From contig CM022676.1 of NCBI GenBank assembly GCA_012295275.1, forward strand, positions 12,958,001 to 13,022,000: DNA of 64,000 nt. The letters run 5' to 3'. Origin of the DNA: Chrysomallon squamiferum. Its lineage: Eukaryota; Animalia; Mollusca. The notes beneath the pieces were generated by a model. That model did no database searches. It was not told the origin of the DNA and saw only the letters and a program-made list of their open reading frames with translations. Positions 12,904 through 27,800 of this stretch are shown in pieces; the first letter of the stretch is position 1; every line of letters starts with the position of its first letter. A program made the translations under genes and the position numbers.

Positions 12904-13064
12904 CAGGATTGTCCAAAAGTAGTTGGACAGTATGTGGGTTTTTCTATTATTGTACACAATAAAATTTAACTGCCAATGTAATAATTGTATTAGTAAATAT
13001 AACTGTATATGTAATCTTAAAATAAATGTTATCATTTACTGTTCACAAATTTTGGACCATCCTG
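12904..13064. mobile_element. Small MITE, Tc1/mariner type
   Basis: Imperfect terminal inverted repeats CAGGATTGTCCAAAA...TTTTGGACCATCCTG. Confidence 0.55.
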
Positions 13065-13095
13065 AATGTATGTATGTATGTGTGTGTGTGTAATA

Positions 13096-13158
<63 letters not shown>

Positions 13159-13802
13159 TATAGATAGATAGATGGATAGATATTAATAATTAAAATCAGT
13201 AAATAAACTGTTTTTAACTGTATGCATGTAAATAAATAAAGTTCAGCGTGACCATCCTTAAAACTATTTTACAGGAAAACACGCGATGAGGAACTTCCAA
13301 ATGCAGTTTATATATCTTATAGTTCCATTAATTAGAAGTATGCCGAGTGTTGTGTGACAAACTAACACAGCTTGGAAATTTCCTCTTTGTCTGTTTCATT
13401 CTTAAATTCCACGCTTTTAACATAAAGGCTTCGTGACTGAAATGAGGCAAATACAAATTGTGGTCCGGGAAGCGGGCGGTTGGATGAACATGAAACCGAA
13501 TCGGGGAAGTAAACATATATTTTGACATATTAATGCACAATATATGTTTTGGTAGGTATATTGTTTAAAAGAGAGTTTCTCATCCCTTTTAATAAGAATA
13601 AATATATAAATACAGACAGACAGACAAACAGACAACACACGCAGACATATATCTCAAACTAAAGCGACGATCTATAACTCTGATAAAAATAGACCCAACA
13701 CTATAGCTAGAGCGCTGTAGAAATAACGTGACACTGTAAGATGACCTAGATAGAGTACAACTCGTGTACCCGGAAGAAACAAGTTTAGTCACAACATTCA
13801 CA

Positions 13803-13857
13803 ATGGCGCTGTTGAGATATTTATTTATCTCTCTGCTGATTGTTAGATACAGCACAG
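13803..13857 (+). CDS. Gene B leader exon MALLRYLFISLLIVRYST-G
   Basis: 55 nt, G|GTAAGT, conserved cassette upstream. Confidence 0.8.
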
Positions 13858-14463
13858 GTAAGTTTATTAAACTTTTACACTAGAAAACTCGTTTGACTCT
13901 AACCTGTGCTCAGCGACTCACCACTTGTTATTTTATATCGTATAATTATTGCTTGGTGACACTAGATGGGCATATTCCAGTCTTCCGAATGTTTTACATG
14001 TTTAAAAACTGTATATATATATTTTTCTTCATATATCTCTGTTGTTTCTTCAAAGCCTTTCTCTGCATAGAAAAGAGAAATAATAATCATTATTTGCTAT
14101 TCAACCACTATCAGTATTTAAGTTTATTAATTTATAAAGTAATCTGAGGAGAATAATGCTAGCATGATAAACTGAGATCACTGCCTCCTGTTGGGAGCTT
14201 TCTTAGCACTGGGAACTGTAACAAGACCATATATAACAACTGCAGCCTGGGGTTTATGGGGAACGTTCTCATAAAATAGTAATTGCAAGATATTTTTTTT
14301 ATTTGAAATCTAAATTTTATATATATATATATATATATGTTGTAAAAATATTTTTAATTAATACGAAGTTGAAACAGCATAACAAAACAAAACTAAATCC
14401 TCATACGATCTTTCTTCCTAGGACATACTTGTTTTATTCGTCCTCCTCCTCTTTTTTTTTTTA

Positions 14464-14494
<31 letters not shown>

Positions 14495-14692
14495 CAAATG
14501 AAAAATCTTTCAGAAATTAATTTGACCTAAGACCTAGTAATATCTCATACTTAAATACGAACTGGACCTGATCTATAACGGGTTAAGGGGGAAACGGGAA
14601 AACGTGGCCCGGATGTCTACTGAAGTAGTATTCGTTGGCTTTGCTATTATTTCTAATGAATACAATAATTAATAGCTCATACAGAAGCACTC

Positions 14693-14737
<45 letters not shown>

Positions 14738-16370
14738 GCAACAACAACAACAACAACACATTCAAAAATAATTAAAGAAATAAAGGTGTCACAACACTTC
14801 AAAACTAATTTATGTGGTTATAGCCTAAAAGTTAAATCTAACGTCCTCTTCGAAACCTGACTTTCTTGATTCCTGAACTTGAAATATCCAGGAGCACAAG
14901 GTCTAAATCTGGAAGTCGTTATTTGATATCAATAGTTTTAACAATGAAGTTGTATTATTCATTCTGTGGGCTAAAATATTTGTTATGTTTAATGGATGAC
15001 GTAAGTATGACCGTGACAGAAACTGTTATGGACCTGGATGTGGATCTGTACTCGTCAGTTACCCTTTCACCTCGTCTGTGCAGCCAAACATTAACAACAA
15101 ACAAATTATTTACCACAGTGAACTTACACGCACTAAGATTCCCTCTCATTGATTATACTGTGGACATTATAAATAAATAAAATATTAATAAAATAAATGT
15201 TTTGAATGATTTATAATATTTTCGGCTCAAATTAAGTTTCAACGGATCTGATGTAAGTATACGTGTCCGCCCGTTGCTAAGATTAAACCATTGCAAACTG
15301 TAATTTATTTTTACAAAATTCAGTATATGAAAATAGCATTAGGAAACAGATCTTATAAAAATAAAATTCCTTTATATTAAAGACACTTATTATTAATTTT
15401 CAATTGAAAATTGTACCAGTAGACTTAGTATTTTTGTCTTGACCTTTGTAGCTTCATAATTTCATAGGACGTTTGACCATGTGTATAACACACTTTTCCA
15501 AAAAAGATTTTCCACATCAGCCTGGAGTTGCTGAAACTGTGTTATAAATCTGAATTAAGTACGTAAATATAAATATATATATAAATTATGTACAATTAAA
15601 AAATAAAAGTTTCAGGAAACTGAAATAAAATGCCTTAAATCTATTAATATACATGTACATACAAACTCGAAGTTGTCAGCAAAATAGTTTAATTTTCAGG
15701 AAGTCTGATTTTTCAAAATGAAAATATTTGACGCATTTCCAATGGATGAGTACATTTCATATTTTAAGAAGCGTACACTCTTGCATATTTTGTGAATTAA
15801 TTAAGTAACAAAATCAATAATGATCACACCTCAGATGAATGTGACTTACATATGTTTGAACTTTAAAAAAAAATTAACGTGCTAATCAGAGCAAGCTGTT
15901 GGGATGCAAAATAAAACGACTTAATCAATCACCCATTGTTCTGTAATTACTCAGTGAAACAATACATTGACCATTCCAATGCTCTGAGTTTTCAAAGGCT
16001 AATTTCAGTTAAATCAGGGGTCTCGTAGTCTAGAAAAACTTTGTTATTAGAGGATATTACTTTCACGTCGAGACCTAGAGGTGTCTGAAAGATAGAAAAC
16101 TGAAGTTTCAAAACTGGACTGTTTATGTATTTGTATACATACATAGATAGGTATATATCAGCTGGCAAATATTTTAAGATTATCAAGTTTGTATTGATTG
16201 GTGCTAATTAAAGGACTGTGGAACACATAATAGTTTGATTTTGATTTATCTAAAATGACAAACCACAACTGTATTATAATGTATCACTCTAAACGATGTT
16301 GCTTTTATTTGTTATGTTACTTTATTATTATTACTAATTTTATTTTTATACATTTTTTATTTTTTTTTAT

Positions 16371-16407
<37 letters not shown>

Positions 16408-18176
16408 TTGAAGTTTATATAATCGGCAAGCAGTTGGACCAGTTATGCTAAACACAATACTGTAGTTATGTCCTACCATTGCCTGACTAACAAGACAAAA
16501 AGATTTAGTAATTTCTAAATCTGACGCGAATTTCAAAATTATCCAGGATTTTTCTTCTTCTTTCTTCATCATCATCTTCTTTTTTTTTTGTTGTTGTTTA
16601 GCGCGTTTTAGAAAGACTGACACTTTAATGATTACAATGGTAAAGAGATCATTTCTTTCTGTCTACTTCCCTTAATGCAGAAAGCATGTTGTGATTTCAT
16701 TAAATGGATGATACCAGGCTGGCTGATAAACTTGATACAACTGAGATAGAAGTAGACACTTTATAGCAGAGTGAGAGAGCGCTGTAATAACGTGAGACAA
16801 TAAGTTAACCTAGAGTACAACTCGTGCACCCGTAAGAAACAAGTTCAGTCAAACTATACACAATGGCGCTAATGGGATACTTAATTGCTTCTGTCATTAT
16901 TTATAGAAACAATCTGGATAAGTTATTGAAATTGTTAGTTAGTTGTGTAACATCAGTATATAACTGTAGAAACTTAAGCTGAATCTTTTCGAGATTTTTG
17001 AGACTTTAAGCTACGAATAACCAATGGAGTTTTCACTGAGGACGATATAAGTATGTTGAATTCAGTACTGTGATTTATTGTAGCGTTCTTTTAGTCAATC
17101 TGTTGTAAAGACGATAAACATTTAGAAATAAAACTCTTCTCTGATTTATTTTCAACGTTTTCACTTTAAGCTGATAATTATAACAAAACACAGATTGTTT
17201 TCACTTTGGTTTTCTCATTGTACCAATGATTCGTTTGTGACGAGCGCTAATTTCATCGAGCGAAAATCTCCATTATAAAGAAAGTTTCAATGTTATGTAT
17301 CGTTCCGTGATTTGTTTTTTCAATAAACAGAAACATTCGCGATATTTTTATTTTTTATTTTTTTATTCACAGGTATATCACTGAAGATGTCTGGTTCTTT
17401 GTCTTATGCAGTATTCAATGAAAAATTTACATTTACTTGTACTGTGTCACAGACTGATGGTCTCAGTGACTCAGTAAAATTTTATAAACTGATTGAAAGT
17501 AAAGCAGAACTGAAAGGTTCTCTCTATCAGAATGGTGGTAGTTGTTTTGTATTCGGTCGTACTACTGGCTACACTCCAGTGTGTGGAGAAGGGACAGACG
17601 TTGGATCATCAAGTGTAAAGAACTACACACTGACCATAAACAGAACTTCAACTGATGATGAAACACTCTGGTGGTGTGAACTGAATACAGCTTTAAACAA
17701 GAGCAACAATTTTACTTTACCTGTTTACTGTAAGTAATTATCATATTAACTAAACAGGTATTGGAATTTTAATCAGTTTAAAGGTGCAATGTTAAACATT
17801 ACAATTAAATAACAAACTGAAATTAGTGCGTATGTTTGTGTGTGTGTTTGTTGGTGTGCGTGTGTAACATCAAGTAAAATCACGTATACACACCCACATA
17901 TATACACACATATACAGTATAGATAATTTTTATCTTAATTATAATTTGTTTTATTTTAGACAGTAAATTATAAACAATATATAACTACTATTGAATTCAG
18001 GCCACATGTCAACCTTATAGAGAGAAAATATTGGTGCCGATTCTTACGGTTTTGAAAGATAATTAAAATCTCAGGTCGCGAATTGTTTCATAGCTGTTTA
18101 CGCTGAATCATCAAATATTTCAAAATATCATCGGAGTCTGTGATCTGTTATTAACATCCGGCTGCAATTATTATAG

Positions 18177-18227
<51 letters not shown>

Positions 18228-21200
18228 TAATAATAAAAATATAAACAATGACAAAAGTATTCTTCAATTTTTTTTTCAAATTTATATTTATGTTTTTTGT
18301 AGATGTATCAGTGAATATATCTGGTTCTTTGTCTTATGCAGTGATGAACAAGAAATTTACATTTACTTGTACTGTGATCTTAGAAACCTGATACAGTTTT
18401 ATAAACTAAATAAAACAGAAGGAAAAAAGAAAGTGATGGGTTCTCTCTATCAGACTGGTGGTAGTTGTTCTCTATTCAATCAGGCTACTGGCTACATTCC
18501 AGTCTATGGAGAAGGGACAGACGTTGGATCATCAAGTGTAAAGAACTACACACTGACCATAAACACAACTTCAACTGATGACGAAACACTCTGGTGGTGT
18601 CAACTGAATACAGCTTTAAAGAAGAGCAACAATTTTAATTTATTTGTTTACTGTAATTATGATATTAATCATATAATTATTCGATTTCAGCCATTTTTGA
18701 ACTGCAGTATTATACATTAACATAAAATAACATAATTACGTTAATTTGAACGTGTGTGTCTACACGTGTGTGTGTGTGTGTACACTTTAGATAATTTTCA
18801 TCTTTTATTACTTAGATGGTCCAGACTCTGTTACACTCAGTTCACCTGTTGAAGTGGTAGAAGGACAAAGTCTCAGTGTTGACTGTGTTGCTGTGTGTAA
18901 GCCAAGCTGTTCCTACTCGTGGAGGCTGGGAAATGATGAACTCACATCAAACTCTCAACTGAGACTGACAAACATCAGCAGGAATGAAGCAGGAAATGTT
19001 TACACGTGTACAGTGACAAACTCTGAAACAAAACAGTCTGAAAGTAACACTGTAACACTGACTGTCTTCTGTGAGTTTACTCGTTGTTTTTGTTTTTGTT
19101 GTTTTGGTTTTTTTCTTTAATATTATTTATGTCAAGTTAACTATTTCATTTACAGCATTTACATCAGGAAAGATCTTTAACAAAATAGTAACTAAAAGTA
19201 ACTAACTGACACTGAGCGCTTACAGCGAGTTATTCATTGTTTAGTTTATATTATTATGTAATTTATATGAAATTAGAACAAAAAAATGTTTGAATTTACA
19301 GTAACAAACATTAAAACGAAACATGAAAAAAACCCATTTGAAACTGACAGTTTACTGCGATTCATTCAATTCTTACTTAATATTATCCCAAATTAGCTAC
19401 AGATTTAAAGGAATATTATTTTCAATCTTGTTTTAAATTTCAGTATACAATTTAATTAATAAGATTAGACCATATATTTTGTTTAATAAATGACAGTCCA
19501 TTCTGTCAGATTTCGAATTTTATATTTTCTGTATCTTTGTTATTGTCATAATTAAGGATTCTAGTATCATTCTTCACAGAGTAAATTATGTATTACTTGA
19601 CGGAACCTCATTACTGCCTCTTTGTCAAACTTATTTGTAGCCATAATTTTTATTCTGTCTTGTGAATTATATAATATTCATAAAACACTTATTTTCATAT
19701 GGCCATTTAAAGCAGTATGATTCATACATTTTATACTCAATATATTATTATATTACAGTTCTTATATTAAGCTGTAATGTAGAATCATGTTTATAAATTC
19801 ATATTTTCACGGTTCTTCAATGTTTACCTAATTAATGCCGGAATATGGGAGTAACTACACACCAATTAAATATCAGAAAGTATGCAGACGTCCATGGGCT
19901 GTTTAGAATCTGTATTTTATAATTAGGAGAAGTTTAGTTATTTTATAAACTAAGAAACACTGGGATTAACAAAAGGAAAATAAGCATTTAAAGTTGCAAA
20001 GTAAATTCAGAAGGCTGTTTCCAGACTCAAGACAAAGGATCACTCAGGCAGTGGTAATTATTGTTTAAATGTTTTGTTTTTTTATGTAACATACATATTG
20101 ACTGATAGAAGATAGCCAAGTGTATTTCTGTTGAATTTTTACTATGTTATTCCGTGGTACTTACTTAAGCTTGAAAACTAAGTAAGAAACTAAGATAACG
20201 TATTTTAATAACTAAAAGCTTAGTTAGAAAGTTAGAATAACCAAATGGGCTTAATGAGAATAATATTATCTATCAACGTTATTTGCCTTTTTATCGTGAG
20301 AATCTTACAATTAAATTATATGTTACCGTTGATGCTTAATTTATGTGAAATATATATAACTCGATTTGCTCGTATATGAAATCAGTTTTCTTATTTGAAA
20401 TACCATTAATCCGTTCCACACCCCCCCCCCAAAAAAAATGGTATCCTCCCAAAAGTTACATGGTCGATAGTAATACAGTCTGGAAAGCAGTCAAGCAGTA
20501 AGTAACCTGGGCACCCCTGTTTTGTGAATAATCAACTAGTCTTGGTGGTGGGCAGCATGTGTTCATGGTTACTCAGTTACATGGAGATGTTGCTCGTAAA
20601 CAGGAGAAGATCTTTGAAGCAGACATGTTTACACAGCGGATCCGCAGGGCTATCAGACTAGCTGTACTACCACAAGACAAAATTCAGGACGCATGGATTG
20701 AAACCATGGACTCGACACCAAATGTTCCTCATCCCCAAGAGTTCGGTGACTACGTGGTCGTCAACTGGATTGAAGATGATGCTCCTGGAACAACCATGAG
20801 ACCAATGGGCTACGCACCAACAACAATCTGCATCAATTGCAGCAGAAAGGCAAGACGCCCCTTCAATTCTTAGATGTTGTAGGCCGCCGGTTTACATACC
20901 GCGATCATTTATGAGCAACTCAATAAGACCGATGGCCCCTTTTAAAAATTTGATTCAATAATATCTAGGGTTACCATATTTTTATAAACCAAAGACAGTA
21001 CAAAAGAAATCTATATTCATGTTTTTATTTATTCCTCTTTCCAAGTCAAGTTGATAAAAGCTAAAATATACCTTCAGTCAGGAACGATCTCGCGACCCCC
21101 AGAAAAAAGGCTGGAGACCCCTCTGATGGTCGCGATCCCCAGGTTCAAAAGCTATGCTGTAGGTTATCTACTGAAACTTAAGTGATCAAGTTATCTGGAT

Positions 21201-24200
21201 GAAATAAAATAATTATTTACCTTTCTTTCATTTATTGCCTGTAGACAAAAATACATACAACTATGTGGGATCACACCATTTTGTATCTGGGTAACGGGCA
21301 GATGATTAAGTGACACCAAACCTTGACCTGTGTTGTTATAAACTGTATGACAAATAATCATATGACCCAACTTTTGTTTTGTAACGTGTTTTTAAATAAG
21401 AACAAATGTATTTATAAATCACAAATATTGTATAAAAATAAAATAAAAGAGAATGTAAACAAATAAATTGGTTTTTTGAAGTGTACTTATCTTGGCGATC
21501 GAAACATTTATTTTAACGCCTTTGGCTGGAGTTACAGCCTTTATCGATTCCGTCATGGTATATCTCGTAGAAGTACTACGCTTGTACTGCCTAGCCAAGT
21601 CGACTATATGCACACATCGCTCATGTTTTTCTATGAATTCAAGCTTTAATTCAAGGGACATTATCCGCTTAGTCTTCTCTGCACTGTCCTCTGCACTCAC
21701 TTTCTTAGGAGCCATAGTCTGAAAAAAGACATTTGGCAAAATACAGCACAAAACGCGAGCACAACACAACAGAGATGTTTCCGCGGTGAGGTAACCACGT
21801 GAAGTAAACAAGTGACACGCGGGATCCTGGGCGGATGTTGTGTTTTTTTTCGTTGCGGCAACTAACGGCCGCGTATCTGAAGCTCACTTTAATTCGAATT
21901 TTCGCTCGCAACTCGAAGCAAAAAATCGATATGGCGGCTGCTCGTAACTCGAGGTATCTCTCTCTCAGATGACGCTATTATAGTCTGCTATCGTTTAGAC
22001 GGGACGAGCCAAGTTTAAGATATTATAAATAAAACCAGTCAGACAAGTCACTGTGACAGTTACGTATATTTAAAATTATAAATTACACAGGAGGAATACG
22101 GAGAAGAAAAAACAACAGCAACAAAGAAACATTCAATTTAGAGTAACAAAGAGTTGGAGATTTTATGATGGAAATGTTACTCATATAAANCAAACACTTT
22201 CAAACCTTCATGAAAGCAGTGTAAAGATGACAGCTGTCAGAAGTAATTCTCTTTTATCTTAATTACTAACGTATCAGATGCTTGTAAGAGTTTCTACTGA
22301 AACCAAACATAAGACATGGATTTAATAATTTTGTAACGTAAAGTGTAATATTTTTTCGACATTTCTCGATTTATGAAAACACTTGATGAAAACACTTCTT
22401 TTTTTTTTTTTTGATGAAAACTGAAAATTTGATGAAAATGCTGATTCTCACTTTCATTTAAAATAAAATTATTTTTCAGATCCACCAAGTTCACCTCCAG
22501 TTGTTTCAGGAACAACATTTCCTGTGTTTGAGGGTGACACTGTCACACTGAACTGTTCTACAACTGGTGGGAACCCAAAACCAAATCTGAACTGGACATG
22601 TTATAATCCTGTACACTGCTCTGACAGAGAAGAAACCAGAACATGTACAATATCTTTAATAGCTAACAGGACTCAGAATAACAAAGTGTGTGAGTGTGTT
22701 TCTAGTTGGAAGTATGGCGACTACAACAAGAGGAAAAGTTTAATCATGTTTATTCACTGTAAGTAATTTTTATATAGCTTGTAATTAATACCCATGATTT
22801 TTCTGTTTCTGTTATGGATTATGAATTTGATTTCTCAGATATTTGTTGTACACCTAAATAGTTTAGGAAAAGTAGGTTTCAGTTTTTCACGAAGGATGGG
22901 TGAAAACATCCACTAGAAATTGAACAAGGATTCGCAGTGTGTAATATTTTTCATATTTCCATTTGAACCTCAATATAACTTTTAAAATACTCATGGGTTA
23001 AGACAATAAATCTTGCAAAATAGAAGTTAGCACACACATTTTTGTGTATAGCGTTTTATAGACATTAACATGAAATTAATAATAATATATACATCTCAAA
23101 AAAAAAAACAAAAAAAAAACAGATGTAATTATATTTCTTGTTTATATGAGAAAATGTGAAAGAAAAAGTGAAGAGAAAACAAATCCCCACTTACCTAAAT
23201 TAAAATGAGAATCTTTTAAATAGATCCTCCAAACAGACCAACACTTTCATCAGATCCTGAACAGCCATGGCTAGAAAACACAGGAGGCTCTTTGATTTGT
23301 TCTTTACCTGACAGCGGTAAAGGAAATCCAGCAGCTCAGTTTTACTGGATTAGAAATGGAACCAACATACAACACACAGGATTTAACTTGTCACTGACAC
23401 CTACAAAGGAAGACAATGGAGTGTGGTACAAATGTTCAGCTGGGAATCTCTTCACAGACAGAACTGGGCAACAGAGACCTGAATCTAATTCTCTTCATAC
23501 GAATGTATATTGTATGTTGTTCAAATGTTTCGTATGTTGTTGTTGTTGTGCTGGTGGTGGCTGTGTTTTTCATTGCATTATTATTTTCTCATTAAGTAAA
23601 TAAGTAAATAATGTTGACATAATTACGAAGATATTTGAAAAAATATTTGAATATTTTCTTTTGACATGCTGATGTCATCCTTATAGATAATAAACAGAAA
23701 TAAACATATTATTTCATCTGCCTTTCATAACTGTACATTTCTTCACAATGTATGTTAACTGTAGTTTTCTGTGGAATAATGCAATCTGTGATTTCTGTTT
23801 TCTGTTTGCTCTTAGTTTAAAATGTTTTTTGTATGTTTGCTTTTATTTTTATTACATATAATTTTTTTGTTCAATCTCTGTAGATGCACCCAGAGTGAGA
23901 ATTTTATCAGAGAATCACATCAGAGTTGAACTGGGAAAACTTGTGATACTACGCTGTACAGCTGACAGTAATCCAGACAGTGTTGTATTTGAATGGCGAA
24001 CTGGTACAAAACACCTCACTGACAGTTCTCTGTTTCAAATCTCCTCATTTCAACAGTCAGACCAAGGAGAGTACACGTGTTCAGCAACTTCAAAAACTTC
24101 TTTTAACACTTCAATGTCAGGATCTGCCAGTGTCATTGTTACAGGTAACTTTTTCCTTTTCGTATAACATATTTTACCAAATACCATTACACTTTTTACA

Positions 24201-27200
24201 TCTGTGTCAGAATTAGCCAGTGTCATCCTTTATATGTAGACTTTATTAAAATGTATATACAGGTAACGGACCAATTATCCGGCGTCCTGAAATCCGGAAA
24301 AAACAGTAAACTGGAGGTTTTATCCTGACGCTATTTTCACACTTCACGCGCACGGGTTTTGTACTCACCAGACCGGAACTACTCTTTCAAGCCGCGTGGC
24401 GTTCATTCACCCGCTGGATTTTTTTACGTGTCCAGTCGTCACAATTGTATATCGTCAGTTTTCTTTATGTTTTTAATTTTATAAAAGTTTATACCTAATT
24501 ATTTACGTATTTAGATGCCTCGGTACATACATACGTGAGTGACTGAACTTAAATCTCCAAGTATAATCTAAAGATACATAAACATCATTAACATGTATGA
24601 GGTTCATTTCTATTTGTTTAGATATAAATTATTGATACATTCCTGCAAGACACTTGGGACATTAATATATGGTAAACACTGTAACTGGTTCTTTCTTACG
24701 GAACACAGGACAGTAATGGTCTGCCAGTATTTGTCAGAGCGTGAGATGTCATTAGTGTGACTGTGATGAAAGCTAGTTCAAGAGGGAAGAAAGAAATACG
24801 TTTAGGCCAATTGTCTGTAAAATAGCTACGCTATTGTTATCTATAATGTTTAACTATAATTGTCTATCATGTTGTACAGTCAGACAGAGAATTTAAAAAT
24901 ATATGTATAATCGAAATCGAACTTATGTACTTTGGTATAGATATATAAACACAAACGTGTGTGTGTATGTGTGTGTGTGTTTGTGTGTGTGTGTGTCATT
25001 CCTCACATATAATATTCAAATGTTTTGCTGTTGAAATTGAAACACAACAGAAATAATTGTTTACATTTTAGTTCTTGAATCAGCTCCTGAATGGTGTTAC
25101 TGCACAAATGTGTTAGAAACTTCAGTTGATTTCAAGTGGAAATACAACACAAACAAGTTCACTAGATTCACTGTTGAACAACGCTTGTCTACTGAAGACC
25201 AGTCTACCAGTCTGCAAGTGTCAGACAATAAGACACACGACAAGACTTTTTCTTTACACATTTCTCATCTCAAGTCCAATTCTTCCTACCACTTTAAAAT
25301 TTACTCTTCTGCAAATAAAACTGACAGCCGTTACTGTTTGACTGTTTGTACCACAGGAACAATACCTGTTCGTAAGTAAAGTAATAGACACAGTTTTCGA
25401 TTCTTCATTTAATGGTTGTTTTACAATACTTGTATAAAGGTATAAGGTGAATCTCACATTGTCCAAACTATTTACATTATTTAATAAAAGATCTTTAGAA
25501 GAAAGAATAATAATAAAGCAAATAAATTTCAATAAAATTAAACGTTAATGCGGTCATTGATTTATGTAGTTAAACTTGTTATTATAATTACAGTAGAAGA
25601 ATCTTCGTCCAAGGCAACACTTGGAACTAGAGTAGGAACTGGAATTGGAACTGGAATTGGAACTGGAATTGGAATTGGTCTTGTGGTAGGAATAGTTCTG
25701 ATCTTCGTTGATGTAACAGTTATTCTACTCATCTTGAAGAGAAGAGGTTACACATTCCGAGGTCAGCTAAATTTTATATTCATTCATTAGTTAGTGTTTT
25801 ATTCTTTTGAATATTTCATATTTATTTTATTTAATTGTTTATTCTAGAATTATCTTTCTTTCGTATTTTTGTTTTGTTTCATACTTGTCTATCTGTTTAA
25901 TTTTATACATACATACATATACATAAAAAGAAACAATTATCTATATATATTCTTCTTTTTTTCATTATTTGTATAATTGTTCTGTTCTTTCATCGCTTTT
26001 TAAAATAAATTCAAATTATTTCAAGGCAACAGTACTTTTTTTAGCTTATAAATTAGAATTTTAAAATATATCTTTCAGGTTCAGACAGCAAAAATCAAAA
26101 TGAAATGCAAACGTGAGTACTGTGTTGAAATGTTTCTAAATACTACTATGATAACAGCTATTCAGTGCCTGTTTTCTAAATTACCTGCAGACTTTGTTTT
26201 GTCATAGAAACTTGTATGTATAACGTGCATAACTATATCATATCATTACTTATGTTTAAAGTAAAGTTTGCTGTAAAATTGTATCAGGAATGAAAATATA
26301 TTAACTACTAATAAAATGTCTACACTGTTGCATAACCGAAAAAAATGAGTCTGCTAAGTTTGTGATTGTCCCGTTAATGAAATCCTACTAAGACCAAATA
26401 TACTCCATAAGATACTAGTATTTTATTTATTTATTTATTTAATTTGTATTATTGTTCTTATGTTTGACAGATATCAAGATGTGTCTATGGATTCGGTCCA
26501 GGAAACAGCTGTTCGTTCAGGTAACATTAGATAGCGAATGTTTTGAATATCTTTATTTTATTACTAATTTTATTAGTAAACTTTTCTTTCCATGAAAGCT
26601 GTCTTTTATTATTTAGAACGATTCAAATTGAACTAGATCTTGAAACACAAATCAAGATGGTTGCGGAAATTTAAAATCAGATGCGTGTTTTCCATACACT
26701 AGCGAACATTATATTCAGACTCATGCACTCAGAGAGACAGAGAGTTACTTATAGTCAGGCATACACACATTTTATTCAGCATGAATCAGTAACAATAATG
26801 CAAGGACTTGCAGGTGACATACAAACTGCCTACGTCAAAGCCATTCGTTGTCAACAGACACTGTGTGGAATATAAATCGTCGGTCCACTTTGTCATACAG
26901 AAATTTGTTGAAGTATTCGGTTCTGTGACGAAATAGAAGTTTCCCTGAATAGAGAGATTAATATAATTTCTCCAGGGAAAGTGACTGGCATATCTTCTTA
27001 GTTATTGTTGTTTTTCCGCATGTTATCAACTGGGTTTTTAATGACTAAATATTCTATAGTTTTAAATTTCCACACTCGACAAAATAATGTATGAAACACA
27101 ATAATGTATCAAATTGTGAATTAATTTCTCTATGCTGATCACTGTGTAATCTAAGTAAAATTCGGACATATTTTCGAACATATAAAAAACATATATATGT

Positions 27201-27757
27201 TTGTTTCTTTTTTCGTTTTGTGTTGTTAAATTGAAATTTCAACCAAGACTGAAAGAATATTATTAGATTTGTTGTATATACGATAGAGTTTTAAATTAAA
27301 AGAAACTGCAATGAATTAAATGAATTAAATGTAAGCGCCTAAATATTTTTCTCAATTTCGGTAACAATTTCTGTAACAAATATTTTGTAGAAAATATAAC
27401 TGAATCCAAAAAAAAAAAAAATGTTTTCCGAAATGTATTTAAAGAGTTTATAAAAATATTAATAAATTTATAGAACATTCTCAAATACCTACAACTCAGT
27501 ACGAGTGTCTACAGTCACGTGATGCACCTGCGTATGAAAAGCTGAAGGTGTCTGATAACAGACCGAATTCAGGTAATAGCTTTTATTTAGAATGTATCAC
27601 TTTCATTTATCATATTAAAATTTATCCAACTACGACTAGAATTGGCAATAAATCATTACTGTGTTGAAATGTGTATTAGTAAAGAAAATCTCAAATGTTT
27701 TTATTCCCTATTCGTTATCAGCAGACGTATATACCAATAGTTAATACTAATAATGAC

Positions 27758-27800
<43 letters not shown>

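Noticed and set aside
22190-22190. Single N base
   Set aside because: Isolated ambiguous base in an intron; no effect on the models.
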